This document shows positions 10,621-21,930 of a DNA stretch of 64,000 nt, in pieces; the stretch's first letter is position 1; each line of letters starts with the position of its first letter. Origin of the DNA: Raillietiella orientalis. Its lineage: Eukaryota. The stretch is from positions 1,860,001 to 1,924,000 of the forward strand of contig JAYWIR010000004.1 in NCBI GenBank assembly GCA_036172245.1, read 5' to 3'. The notes under the pieces are model-generated. The model was not told the origin of the DNA. It searched no databases and worked only from the letters and a program-made list of their open reading frames with translations. The position numbers were made by a program, and so were the translations under genes.

Positions 10621-13600
10621 GAAGACACAGAAGTGCTTTCGACGAACACTGCTGATGGAGGAAGGCACAGGAGAATGAAGCTAAGAATTCCACCCTTTCC
10701 ACTCCTTTTTTCTTTTTCTACTGATTTGATAGCAAAACGGAAGCAGTGTTGCTCCTGCAAAATGACAACCAATGTCCTTCGAAAGATCAACCCATTAGCG
10801 CATTCTTATTGGACGTCTCCTTGGAACCCAAAGGGTTTAGAACAATCGGCGCGAAGAAACCTCTTGAATAATACTATCAAATGAATTGTTCTATTTAGAA
10901 TAGATCTAAGAATGGCAAGACTGTTTTTTTTTTTTAAAAAAAAAAAAACGTTATCTTTTCAGCCAGCCCGATTGATAGTAAATAGCTTCACCAAATAGAT
11001 GAAAGGATGTGAATGAGGTATCTGGAATATTTTTTCGTTCTTTATAGGCATCGGTAATTCTAGGTGCATTGATTCCCTACGAGATTGGAGCCTCCTACGT
11101 GGAAGCGGCACGGACAGTTGCTAATTCCTTGTTTAAAGACAAGAACGGCTGCACAGCTTGTGCGTGAGATCCCGCTGTTTGCCGTTGATCTTTTCCTTTT
11201 TTCTTCGATCGATGATCAATACCAATTACCTCGTGGAAGCAGGTTTGCAGGTTCCGATGGAGAACTCCCAACGTAACGGAACATTTCGAAATGGAAGAAC
11301 TGCTGCTCCCATTTTGCATCCCCTATTTAAGCAAACGATGGCACTGCTTCTTTTGTTGTCGGTTTGCTCTAAATGGCCATCTTGAGAATGCACCCGTAGC
11401 TTCCATGGCTGTTACGCGCTCCCGTTTCAATGCAAGAAGCTAATGGTTTCAGGGGCCACTTCAGAAGGAATCACCCTCAAATGTACAAAAGTAAAAAATA
11501 CGAAGCAAACGCTTGTAAACTTGGTACAGAATGCCAAAGCGTCCAAGCAGATCGCTACCAGAACCAACCCCAGTGCTTGCACATCATCGTATTCGTTTGG
11601 CCAAGCAATTTGACGAGGCAGTGGCAGCTGCACGGTGCTCACTTGGAGTTCCTGAACTCGGTCATCGCTTGCATGCCTTCGGAACGGCTTGCTTGGCAGG
11701 GTTCCCCGGGAACCGGCAGGCAGGCGCACCGCCATCTGCATCTCTCGGCTGCTGGTGGTCACGCGCTCGTCACGACGAGCTGCGTTGGACCAACAGAACG
11801 CTCCTGAGGAGATGCGCTCGAAGATGTCGTTCGCAAACCTGCTAGTAGCCTGGCGCGTCCGGGTGCAACCGATGCAACGCTTTCTAGATCGCGCAAGCCT
11901 CCTACATCTTCCTCTTTGTCTCCTTGCCTCCTCCCGCTATGCTTTTCAGAGCCTCTCCAGCCTTCTTCGCTATCTTTCCGCTGGCGATCTGGAGAGCCAT
12001 CACGCCCTCCCGTGCTCTCTACGTGCGCTTCCCACTGGACACACGCTGCATACACTACATCGCACCTGGAAACCCAAGTACCTCTCTCATGACCTCAAAG
12101 AGGGAGATTTTGCAGCCACCAGCACGGGTGGCCACCCCGTCTACAGCCCACAGACCTTGGCGCTGTACCCACCCCGAGGGCAATCCCGTGGCAGATACAA
12201 CGGAACTTCCTTACTGTTTCGAAGTTTCCGAAGTCACCCATGTTGCCCGCGTGTGCGCGCTGGAGCCGCTCCTCCAAAATCCCCCCTCCCCCTCGTTCAG
12301 CAGTCCCGGAACCTCGGAATTTCCGTATTTTCAGCCGAGAAAGCTTTGCATCTACGTGCGCACTGCCTTCGGGAACATTCCGTCCTCTTCCTTGAAACAG
12401 CCTGCTGCCGCCTTTTCCCTCAGAAGTTCCCTCGCGGGAAAAGAGCTCCCGACTGAATCCTTTTCGTCCCGGACACCGGCCGCGCGCGATGGTGGGCCCG
12501 GATCGTCACCGCCACTCTTCGGACACCTACGAACCACTCCAGGGATGTCCAAAGCGCGCTACGTGATGCAAAGGGAAAGAAGATGGGAAAGGGAAGAGCA
12601 AGGATGCCATTTTGCTAAGTGCACGTGAAAGTGCCCCGCTGCCTCCGAACCGAGAAGCTCGGCCATTCTGCCGTATCCGCAAAAGCAAGGAGGGGAGGAG
12701 AGGTGTGGAAGAAGAATGGAAATTCGCTCTTTAAGCGCGCGATCTTCTCTGTGTCGATTAGCGAAGAAGAATGAGTTTTCACCACCACAATTCGGAGGAA
12801 GAGCCGACGGCCGCACAATCGCCGACTTTTACTGAGGAATTCGAGCGCATCCGATTGCTGGAGCCGTTATTAACAAACTTCCTTTCTTGCATCTTTTCCT
12901 TCCCTTCGCCCTCCATTGCTTGAATTCATTTCTTCTTCTTTTAAACGCCGTGATCCGGATTCGTGGAACCGCCTTTCACAGGTTTCGCATGACTCCGTGG
13001 AGATGACGAGCCGGTTCCACCAATTCGTTCTTCAGGCCATTCGCGCGCCATCACCAGGTGTTACGCGGGTTCTGCCCGCGCGACACCTGGCAAGAACTTG
13101 ACCGCAGCTTTCCCAACCTTGGGCGCAAGAGCACCGGTGCGCCTTACAACAACGCGTCGGCCGTAGTCAGGACATCCTGAGGCACCGGCTGGGACATCTG
13201 AACGGCCGGGCGCGAACCTGCGCAGCCGAGCCGCCAGGCTTCGCGCAAGGGCGCAGCGGCAAAAAACCCTCGATCCCAGTGGGGGGAGGGGTTCATAGTC
13301 CCGGCAGTGCGCCCATCCCCTCTACACCTAGCCACTCGCGAACCACACACAAGCCTTCGTCGCCCGCGGCGACGACGACGAAGCAGGGGAGGTGGATCGA
13401 GGAAAGAAATCCTTCCGCTTCTTTCCTTTGGCTCTTTCCTATTTCTTAATTCCAAAGCTGCTCAAGAGAGGGGGCGGACAGGGCGCGGGAAAAAAAAAAA
13501 ACACACACACACATGCACATTCTTCTCGTGAATCGAGAGAACCACATGAACAAGTGACCAGAACGCGGGACCAGACCTGCAGCATGAAGCCATGCTCGAG

Positions 13601-14145
13601 AGGAGGAAACTCGAAGCGGAGAACATCCCCCCCCGGTCTCGGGCGCAGGAGCAAGAGACACTCCCGGGACAAAAGAGCGCGACAAAAGAGGTGCGTCGAC
13701 CCCAAGTGAAATCGGTGGGTGCGTCCCTCAGACGGAGGTACGTCGGCCTGACACGACGGAGGTGATTCTCTGCACTATCCCGCGGGGGGAGCCGGAGACT
13801 TCTTCGGATGAAAGCTCTTGGAGGGCGAGAATGAGATCGCATCTGTAGAGCGTGTGGGTGAGGAGTTGTCTCCCTTCGTTTCGCCCTTTGTCCACACCCG
13901 TTTTTCCTCCGCTCTCTCCTCTCTTCCCTCCGCGTGCTCGGGTGTGCAAACACGCAACTCATCTGTCTGGTCCTGAAGAGCAAACACTCCTCCGGAACCG
14001 TGGGGCCCGGAAGCAGTCGCCAGAGTGCCAGCTCCTATGCTCCAAGGAGGCCGCAGAGCGGCGCGGCCGCACCGGGAGGGGCCAAGCAGCCAGCGCTCGC
14101 TCGGACGCTGGAACGCCCGCCGTGCACGCTGGCTGCGTGCCTTCT

Positions 14146-14183
14146 GCGCGCGACGAGAACCGCGCGCGACGAGAACCGCGCGC
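14146..14183. repeat. Short tandem duplication (16-bp unit x2.4)
   Basis: GCGCGCGACGAGAACC GCGCGCGACGAGAACC GCGCGC. Confidence 0.9.
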
Positions 14184-15484
14184 AGCCATCCCCTCCGCTC
14201 AGCCTCCAAGAGCCGGACCGCATTGCAGACATGCGGCGGCGGCCACCTCGAGGATGGGGGGGGGGGGGGGTGCAGGAATGGAGCGCGCGCCTCGTGGACC
14301 GGGAGAAAGGACGAAGGGGTGACCAAGACGCTAAGGACACGCTGTTGCATGTGCCCATGGTCATTCCCCGGGCTGTCGCGCCGTCATCTCACAGCGGCTC
14401 AGGCAACGCAGCAAATGGGAGGAAAGCAGCCCAGTCGCAAAGACTGGAAGAAAGCAGTGTCCTGGTCGCCGGGGAAACGGCACCTCGAGAGACCACGAGC
14501 GCTTTCTCCCACCGCGTGCGGAGAGGTAGAAAAGAACATCGCGTCACCCCGTTGTCGCCAAGGAGGAAAACGTCGGCGAGAGGCGGCTCTGCCGGAAAGG
14601 TTGGGCGCCCAGCGCGCGCACTCGCGCCAAGAGCATCCGTCCGCCCTCTCCGGCTCGGAGAGGCGAACGCAAGACTCCATGAGCGCTGCTGCCTTCGCCG
14701 CCTTGGAAACGAAACTCGTTTTCCAAGGCGACGGATTCTCTCCGAAATGCACTCGAGAGAGAGGGGGGGAGGAAACGGGGAAGAGAGGGAGGGAAGGAAG
14801 GAGAGATAAGGAAAAAAGGAAGGAAAAATTCTTTCCGGATGGACGTGTCGATGATGCATCTTCAGCCTTGCTGCTGGAGGGAAAGAAAGAGCGGACCCGA
14901 ATCACAACGGCGGGAGGGACGGCGACGAACGCTGAGGGAGCCGTCAGGAGGATGCTGGCGTGGGTGTATGGCCGACGCGCTGCAGGGAAAGCGAGAAAAA
15001 CTCTTGGCCCATAGTGGGAGCGCTCCTCCGAGGTTCGCCCGCTGCCCAGACACTCGCGCTCGCCAAAGGGGAGCTGCAGATGGCTGGGGTCAACCAGAGG
15101 ACGCCTGCGCAGCTTCCCCTTTCCTCCCCGGTGGAGCACCGCTGGGGAAGACCCCGCGCGAATCGTTCCGTCATCTCCCATCCCGTTCCACGCGAACGTA
15201 TCCCGGAAGGGGGGATCGCGGACCGCTTCGATTCTCGCGGGAGCACATGCGCGAGTCGACAACGGCGAAAGGGTGACCTCGCGACCTCCTCGCTGCGGGC
15301 GCGCGACGCAGGGTGCGACGCAGTCCGCCGCACCCGCTGCTGCTGCCTCGCACTCCCGGCGAACACCGTTGCACAGCGCTGCGGCCGCCGCTACGTCCCC
15401 TCGCGGCGGCGGCTTCCTTTCTGCTGCTCGCTTACATCCCGACCACCCTTTGTCCGTACCGCGCAGCAGCCTCCGGTGCGGCGC

Positions 15485-16110
15485 GCGCGGTCACGTGATA
15501 GGGAAGGCAGAAGCGCCCTTTCGTAACTCCCCTCCCATCCCCGGTTCACACGGGCTTCGCCTTGGCGCATGCGCAGCGCCTCCTCTCTCCCAAAACAGCC
15601 GCAGCCTCTCGTCCCGGTGCTGAGCTTCGCGGGGGAAAAAAAAAAGGGAAAAGGTGGGGAGGGATTTTCAACGATGCGGAGGGCAGCAATGGGAGCTCAG
15701 GTCGGGAACCAGATGCACGCGTCGACTGGGACCTGCTGGTCCGCGCGGGCACCTGGGGGAGGACGCCAGCCCCTGCCCCACCTCCTACCTTCCCACCCCC
15801 CGCACCGGTGCGAACGCGAGGGAGGGAGGGGCACCTCCCCGGACTGCCTACCGCTTGCCGCGCGAACCGAAGCAGCGCCGGCGCAGAGGAAGGGAGAGAT
15901 TTCACGAGCCACCGAAGCCCTCCGGTAATTTCACTCCGGCCCTGGAAAGAGGAGCAGCTTGGTTCCCCTTTCTCGACCTCCTTGCCCACGGGATGGCAGG
16001 GGGAGAGTCCCCGGAGGCACCGCCCACCCTCTCCGTTCCCTGCTCCCTCGGCTCCGCCGGAGCCACCGCCGCTCGGATGCGTAGCCCGCGCGCGCGCATG
16101 CGCCGACCTG
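15485..16110. promoter_or_regulatory. Candidate promoter within a CpG-rich island (possibly for the myosin gene)
   Basis: Very GC/CpG-rich stretch (~13.9-17.1 kb) with E-box GTCACGTGA (15490-15498) and two NRF1/Ewg-type GCGCATGCGC motifs (15565-15574, 16094-16103). Linking it to the myosin gene is inference. Confidence 0.35.
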
Positions 16111-19100
16111 TCCTGTTCTCATCCCAACCGCGGGGGATCGCCCGCAAGTCCCAGGGCCCACAGTGGACACTACCCGCTCACCGCCGTGAGGCTGCCGCGA
16201 AGGCGGAACGCAGGCTTCCAGGACCCAGACCCGAAAGGCAGGAAGAGAAAGGGAAAAGGGACGGATAGAAGGGAAGTGGGATGGGGGTGGAGAATAATGC
16301 TGTCCCTCTTCTTCCCCTTCCCCTTCTCTTTCCCTCTTCCTCCTGGGAGAGGAGAGGAAGCGAAACAAACGATGCGTCGGGAAGATCGGGAAAACGAACA
16401 AAAAAAAACATACAGACACACATACCGCACCCCGAAGAGCAAATCCGTCCCCCCTCGCCGCCCCACACATTCTCACCCCTTTCCCGAGAAACACCTTTCG
16501 TCCACCGACCTTCCTTTTTGGTGCACATCCCGCTGCCTGAAGACTACGGCAGGCGAAGCAGACGTTCGTCCATCGCTGCGATCTCGTCAGTGCGAATGGT
16601 CCATCTCGCGCTGGCTCAGCTTCCTTGGGGAAACGTTTCCTGGGGGGCGGGGGGGGGGGGCTTAGAAAACCGGCGGCACCTTCAGACGGTTTCCGCGGCG
16701 GCGAAGACCTCGGCAGGAGGGTAGGCGGCGGCCGCTCTTCGCGTCTTTCGCTCGAACTGGGGCAGGCGTCCGCGCATCACCTCGGCAGACACGGCAGCCT
16801 GGCAACGGCAGCAACTTCTCCCCCCGCGCGGAGCCGCTCGATACATGCAGTCATTCGGGGTGCAGCCGGACTGCCGGCAGCTTGCTAGAGGGAGGGAGGA
16901 AGCGCGCGCGCGCGCTCTTGCTCTTCCTCCTCCGGAAGGCCGTCTGGAAAATCTCTTGACTGCATGCGTACCGGGAACGTCTCACAGGACTAACCCATTC
17001 CTCCCTTCCCCATTTTTTTCTTCCTCCGTACCTCAATCGTGTTTTCCTTCTTTTGCTCGAAAGTGCTTCCCTTCCTCATTTCGATCTGTTTCCTGCCTGA
17101 TGCGCCACCGTCGCGCGCGCGGAGGCGTGCCTGCTTCCATCTAGGGATCGTTCTTGGAACTGATGGCCTTGCCCCGCTTGACGGAGCTGCTTCTTGGACC
17201 AGGGAGTGCGCAAGCCTTCTCCTCTGCTGCGCTCTCTTTTCAGATCCAGAGATGCACCTGAGATGTCACCGTCCTCGGAAGCTTCTTAATGATTCCGGCC
17301 CCATCTTCTAGTGTCTGAAGGCACAGAGCAATGCGAGAGATCGACTGCGGTGACTAGGAGAAACCACTGCAGCTAGCTCCACTCCTCTGGAGGAGGAGAT
17401 GCAGCCTCCGTCTCCAGAAAAACGCCCGGTGTGCGAGCTTGATGGAGTGTGTGGGCCCACCAGAGGGCACCCTCCTCTCCAGAGCTTTTCTCAATCCCCT
17501 CTCAGAGGAACCAATACATCCCATCTCTCCTTCAAGCATCCCCTAAAAAAATTCGACAGGGACCGCGAGAGACCTCTCGTTCCTCCAAAAGTCTTCCTTC
17601 CCGAGCCGAAAATCCCTCCCTCTTTGCTGTCGTGAAGGGAAAGGGGAGGAAGAGGAAGGGCATTCCCGTCTTGGAACCGTAGCAGCGGAGCACATGAGTT
17701 TTGCTCTCGGAGTATTATGGGGACCAACAGCCCTCCGTGTGCCGGTCTCCGTTCTTCGCCCTCCCCCACGGATAGAGAGGAATCTGGGCCTTATGCACTC
17801 GCTCGTTCTCCTTCGAGTTTTGTGGGGCACGCAGCCTCTCTCTAGGTCTGATAGGGAACGGCAGCCACCCTCTCGGGAAGCTGAACCACTTCCGACGCGC
17901 CAAGCGTGCTTCTCCCCAGGGCATTTTCTCACGTCCCCTCCCCTCCACAGCCGCCTAGGAACTACCGAGATGCTCTCTGTCTACAGGAAGGGAGGAGAAG
18001 ACTTGGGAATCTCTGGAGACCTCCGGAGAGAGCGGAAGGATCCCTCCCGTCCTTCCGCCCTCCTAGCCTTGGAGACGCGTGGAGGGTTTGGGGGATCCCG
18101 AGTCACTGCTGTCACCACTTTGCAGAAGTCCTCTTCCCACCCAGGAAGATGGAGCATCGCCTCCTCCTTCCCGCCTGCAGTGGTCTCTCTGGCTGCTTTC
18201 TGCTCGGTGGTCCGCTGCAGTGAACGGACATTCATGCTCCCGAACGATGGGCAGGCTGAATCAACGCGTCCCGTACCCCCGCGAGCGCAAGACCGATTCT
18301 CCTGAGCTCTCCCTACCCCTTCCCTTTCTTTCCTCCTGCGACCGGAAGAGTACCCCAGTCCCAGGGAAGAGACTTCGGCTTAGCCTTTGAGAGGGTCATG
18401 AGGCTGCTGACGAGCCGCTGCTGCCTTGCTGCTTTCTCCCCTGGGATGCGCAGCATCCTTCCTCGAGAACGGCGCTTCCTTGGCAGCGGACGGGAGACCA
18501 AAGGATCTTGGAACCGGAAAGCGGGGACATAACGGGCTAGCGAAAAGGCATTCTGGCGCGCGTTCGGGAGCTCTTCCAGAGTCGGACATCCGAGAACGTC
18601 CGGACGTCCTCGAATGCCCCAGTAGCCTACCTGTCCCCAGTGGGTGACGATCCCTACGGGAGGGCTCCATGGGGTCTGCCGACAGCCTCGTCCATTCCCA
18701 CTAGCTCGTCTTTCAGACCAAGGTCTTCCTCGGTCTCTGTGAGACCACTGTCCCTCTGGCACCCCCCACCCACCCACTTTCGGCTGAACTCTCCTTATGG
18801 ATCCTTTATGAGCCCCTTGCTCCACAGCTGTGCTCTTCTCTGTACACTTCCTCTCCCTCCCTCCTCTGCTCCTTTCCCCCATTATTCCCTCCTCCTTCCT
18901 TCCTCCTACTACAGAAGTCCCCAGCCCAGACTCCACTTTGAGACGACAGCAGGCCCCAATGACACGCAAAATCGTGAAGCGTTCCACATGTTTAAGGGCC
19001 GGAGGTAGTTCAGCAATTGAGTATCGTGTGGATCCTCGATAAAACAGACCCCAACGTAGTGTCTCCTAACTTTCACACACGGGGGTCCCTTCCCCTACCT

Positions 19101-21740
19101 CCTCCTTCATTCTTTCTGTCATACGGACGGTAGAGAGATAGGTAGTAAGCGGGGTGCAGCGACCCTCCAATGGTGAGGGAGGGATGCCAGGGAACGAGGC
19201 TGCCCTCGGAAGGAAATTTGGACAGGAGAGGAGAACAGCTGACGCTGTCTCTGGTCCACAGAACTTGTGGAAGGTCATGTGTGGGAAGTCCCCTGACCCT
19301 TTGCTATAAACCTTGCGCTCCTCAGCGACACCGTGAGGGGGACGCACGACTGCAGCCGGGGTTTCCACGAAGACGGATCTCTGACTCCGCCTGTCCCCTC
19401 TCCATCTCAACGGAGGGAAACACTCCTCCCCCTCAGTTGCTAGGGAAGCATCCCTTCCCTTCCCCGCAGGCTCGACGATGGGAAAGTCACGGTGTAGCCG
19501 AGACGGGAGCGTCGCCGCCACATCTCTCTGGCAGAAAATCTATTGGGCGCGCTCTCAACCTGACAACGGCGCAGACGACAGCATCCCTTTTTAACCTGGC
19601 AAAAAAGGAAAGCGGAAGAAGAGGGGAATGGAAGGAAATTGGTGGCGCTTTGTTGCTGCCGCGGGCAAAATCTCGGGAAGACAATTCCCCCCTCTGGAGG
19701 AGGCACCTGGGACTTGTGCATGTCAACTGGCATCTTCCGACTACGCACATAAATTCTCTGAGGTTGGCATGAATACCCAGCTGAGACTCCTCGCACGTAT
19801 CATGCCTTTTTTTTCTCCCTATTGGGTCCTTGTTCCTCACGCACAGGAAATGCTGCAGACACGTTGCTACGAGGTTTGGGCGCATCCAGCAGGAGCAGAA
19901 AGATGGAAGGGTAATTCGGGATCTTGGAAGGGGTCGAGAACTGGGGAGGCTCCCGAGTCAGTCAGTGGGGAGGGATCAACTCGTTCGCGTGCGCGATCCG
20001 GGATAAGTTCCCTTACCCCTCCTTCCCGCGATCCACACACACCTCTTTCCTCTTCGTCCACATCCTCAGGCTATCACGAATTCCAGCGATCTCCAGAACG
20101 TGGATGCGGGCGATCCCAAAGGCGCGAGAGGCTAAGGCACCCATACACCCGGACCCGCGCGAAAACACTTTCGCGGGAGGAACTCCGAGGAGGACCCGGG
20201 ACTCCGCTTCATCCCGAGGAATGCTCGGCGTGGGAAGGAGGAGGGACAGAAAGGGGACGGTCCCATCAGGAGGAACCGCTCCTCCGCGGAGACTCATTGT
20301 TCCCACCCACCCACACACCACATTCCCATTCTTTTTCGAGCGAAAGCAGTGCCTCTCCAGAGAAGGAGGGACGCATCCCTGAATAGGCGAGGTCCTCGCT
20401 AAGAGAGGCAGAAGAGGAAAGCTCCCGACTGCTGGCCTCGGGAGATGCTGGAGACGCACTACCGGGGACCTCATCCTCCGATTCTCGGAATTGGGAGCGG
20501 GAATGAGGACTGAAGAAGTCTGCATGGAAGAGAAGAGTCAGATTTCCTCTTGGTGCCTCCAGCCCTCTAGTGCAGGCGCCACCAGGAGGCCTCGCGGTGG
20601 CCCGATGACCAGCTGAGAGGGAGAGAGAGGACCCACTCAGCTCCTGAGGGCGACTGCCAAAGGGTCCACCGTCCCCCCTCCCCCGCGCCGAACTGACCGG
20701 GATGCCGGGAAGCGCTAGGGGTCGTTGGCAGAAGCCCTTCCGGTCTAGAAAGCATCGAACTGTGCAACTCCTATGCGCCATCCCGGGACCTTTTACCCCT
20801 CTGCCATGACCCTCATCCTCACACGTGCGTGGGAGCTTCCTCCTCCTCTTCTTCCTCCACCTGAAATTTTCCACATCTCGAAATGAAATCGCCCCTCCCT
20901 CCCCCATCTTTCAATGTCGCGTGCCCGAGCCATCCCTCTGGCTGCACTATCCCCGAGCACAAGCGATTATCGTAAGATCGGGCCACTCGTCCCCAACGCA
21001 ACGGGAGGCGTGAACAGGTGCCACCCCTTGACGTCCCCGCATCTTCCCGGACGCACTCCTCCCGCCTGTCTTCCTAAGCATCTCCTTAGAAGAAGCTGAG
21101 CCGAGAGCTTTGTGGGAGTCCTGCAAGACCAGAAGCAAGAAATCCGCATCACTTGAGGGCACATCTGGGACGCATCCTGTCTCTTTCACGAAACCGCCTC
21201 AGATGAGCGCAAGAACGAGAGCCCTAGTGGACGCAAAGAGAGGAATCCTACATTTCGTGGTTTCTAAGCAGCCGGAAGGAGCTTCCGGGAGCTCAGCCCG
21301 GTGCAGATACTGGCCCATCGTCACCCCTTCGCGCCTTCCCTCCCTTCCCCAAGACAACCCCCCAACACGACTCCAGTCCTTCTAACGCCTGCATCCTATC
21401 TAGACGGACGTAAGACCGGTCGGAACATCATACAGCCGCAGATCCTGATCGCCCTGGGAAGATTGCCCCATGTTGGAAATCCTTCTTTTCTGTCTTCGCT
21501 GTTTTCCTTCTAGTTTTGGTTTTCTGAGTACCTCAAGAGCTGTTGAGCCCCTGGCGACGGCTCACGCAGCTCTTTCACGCTGTTCCACGCCACCTGAGGG
21601 TATGTGTGATTCTTCAAGATAGGGGGAATAGGGAGGTCCCCTTTCGGGTACCTCACTATGAATCCAGGAAGGGCTCGGAGTTCGTTCCTCTCAAGCCTGG
21701 GGAGGGATTCCCGGAATGGAGATCACTTCTGCTCTGGTTA

Positions 21741-21930
21741 TCTCCGAAGGGGAACCTCGAAGGGAATTTCCTTCTTTGTTCTCTCTAGAGGGACCTCCGA
21801 GAGGTCCGCTCCACTTTTTTCTTCTCCGAAGGGAACCCGGAAAGGATCAGCTACTGGGAATTTCTTCTCCGGAGGGACCCCGCAAGGGAACCACTCCTGT
21901 CTACTCCTCTGAAGAGAATTTCGAAAGGAT
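21741..21930. repeat. Degenerate minisatellite, ~41-bp period, ~5 units
   Basis: A core like (C)TTCTCCG(A/G)AGGGA(A)CC...AAGG recurs near 21741, 21783, 21821, 21863 and 21903. Confidence 0.65.

Noticed and set aside
11427..11762. Possible Pif1/Helitron helicase C-terminal remnant (VQLPLPRQIAW...VQALGL)
   Set aside because: One weak motif resemblance is not enough to call.
13400..17100. Many long overlapping ORFs (e.g. 14025-15014, 15562-16665)
   Set aside because: They are R/G/P/A/S-rich, open in several frames on both strands and have no recognisable domain, as expected from high GC content.
21741..21930. CRISPR array
   Set aside because: The repeats are degenerate, the context is a eukaryotic spliced-gene locus and no cas genes are present.
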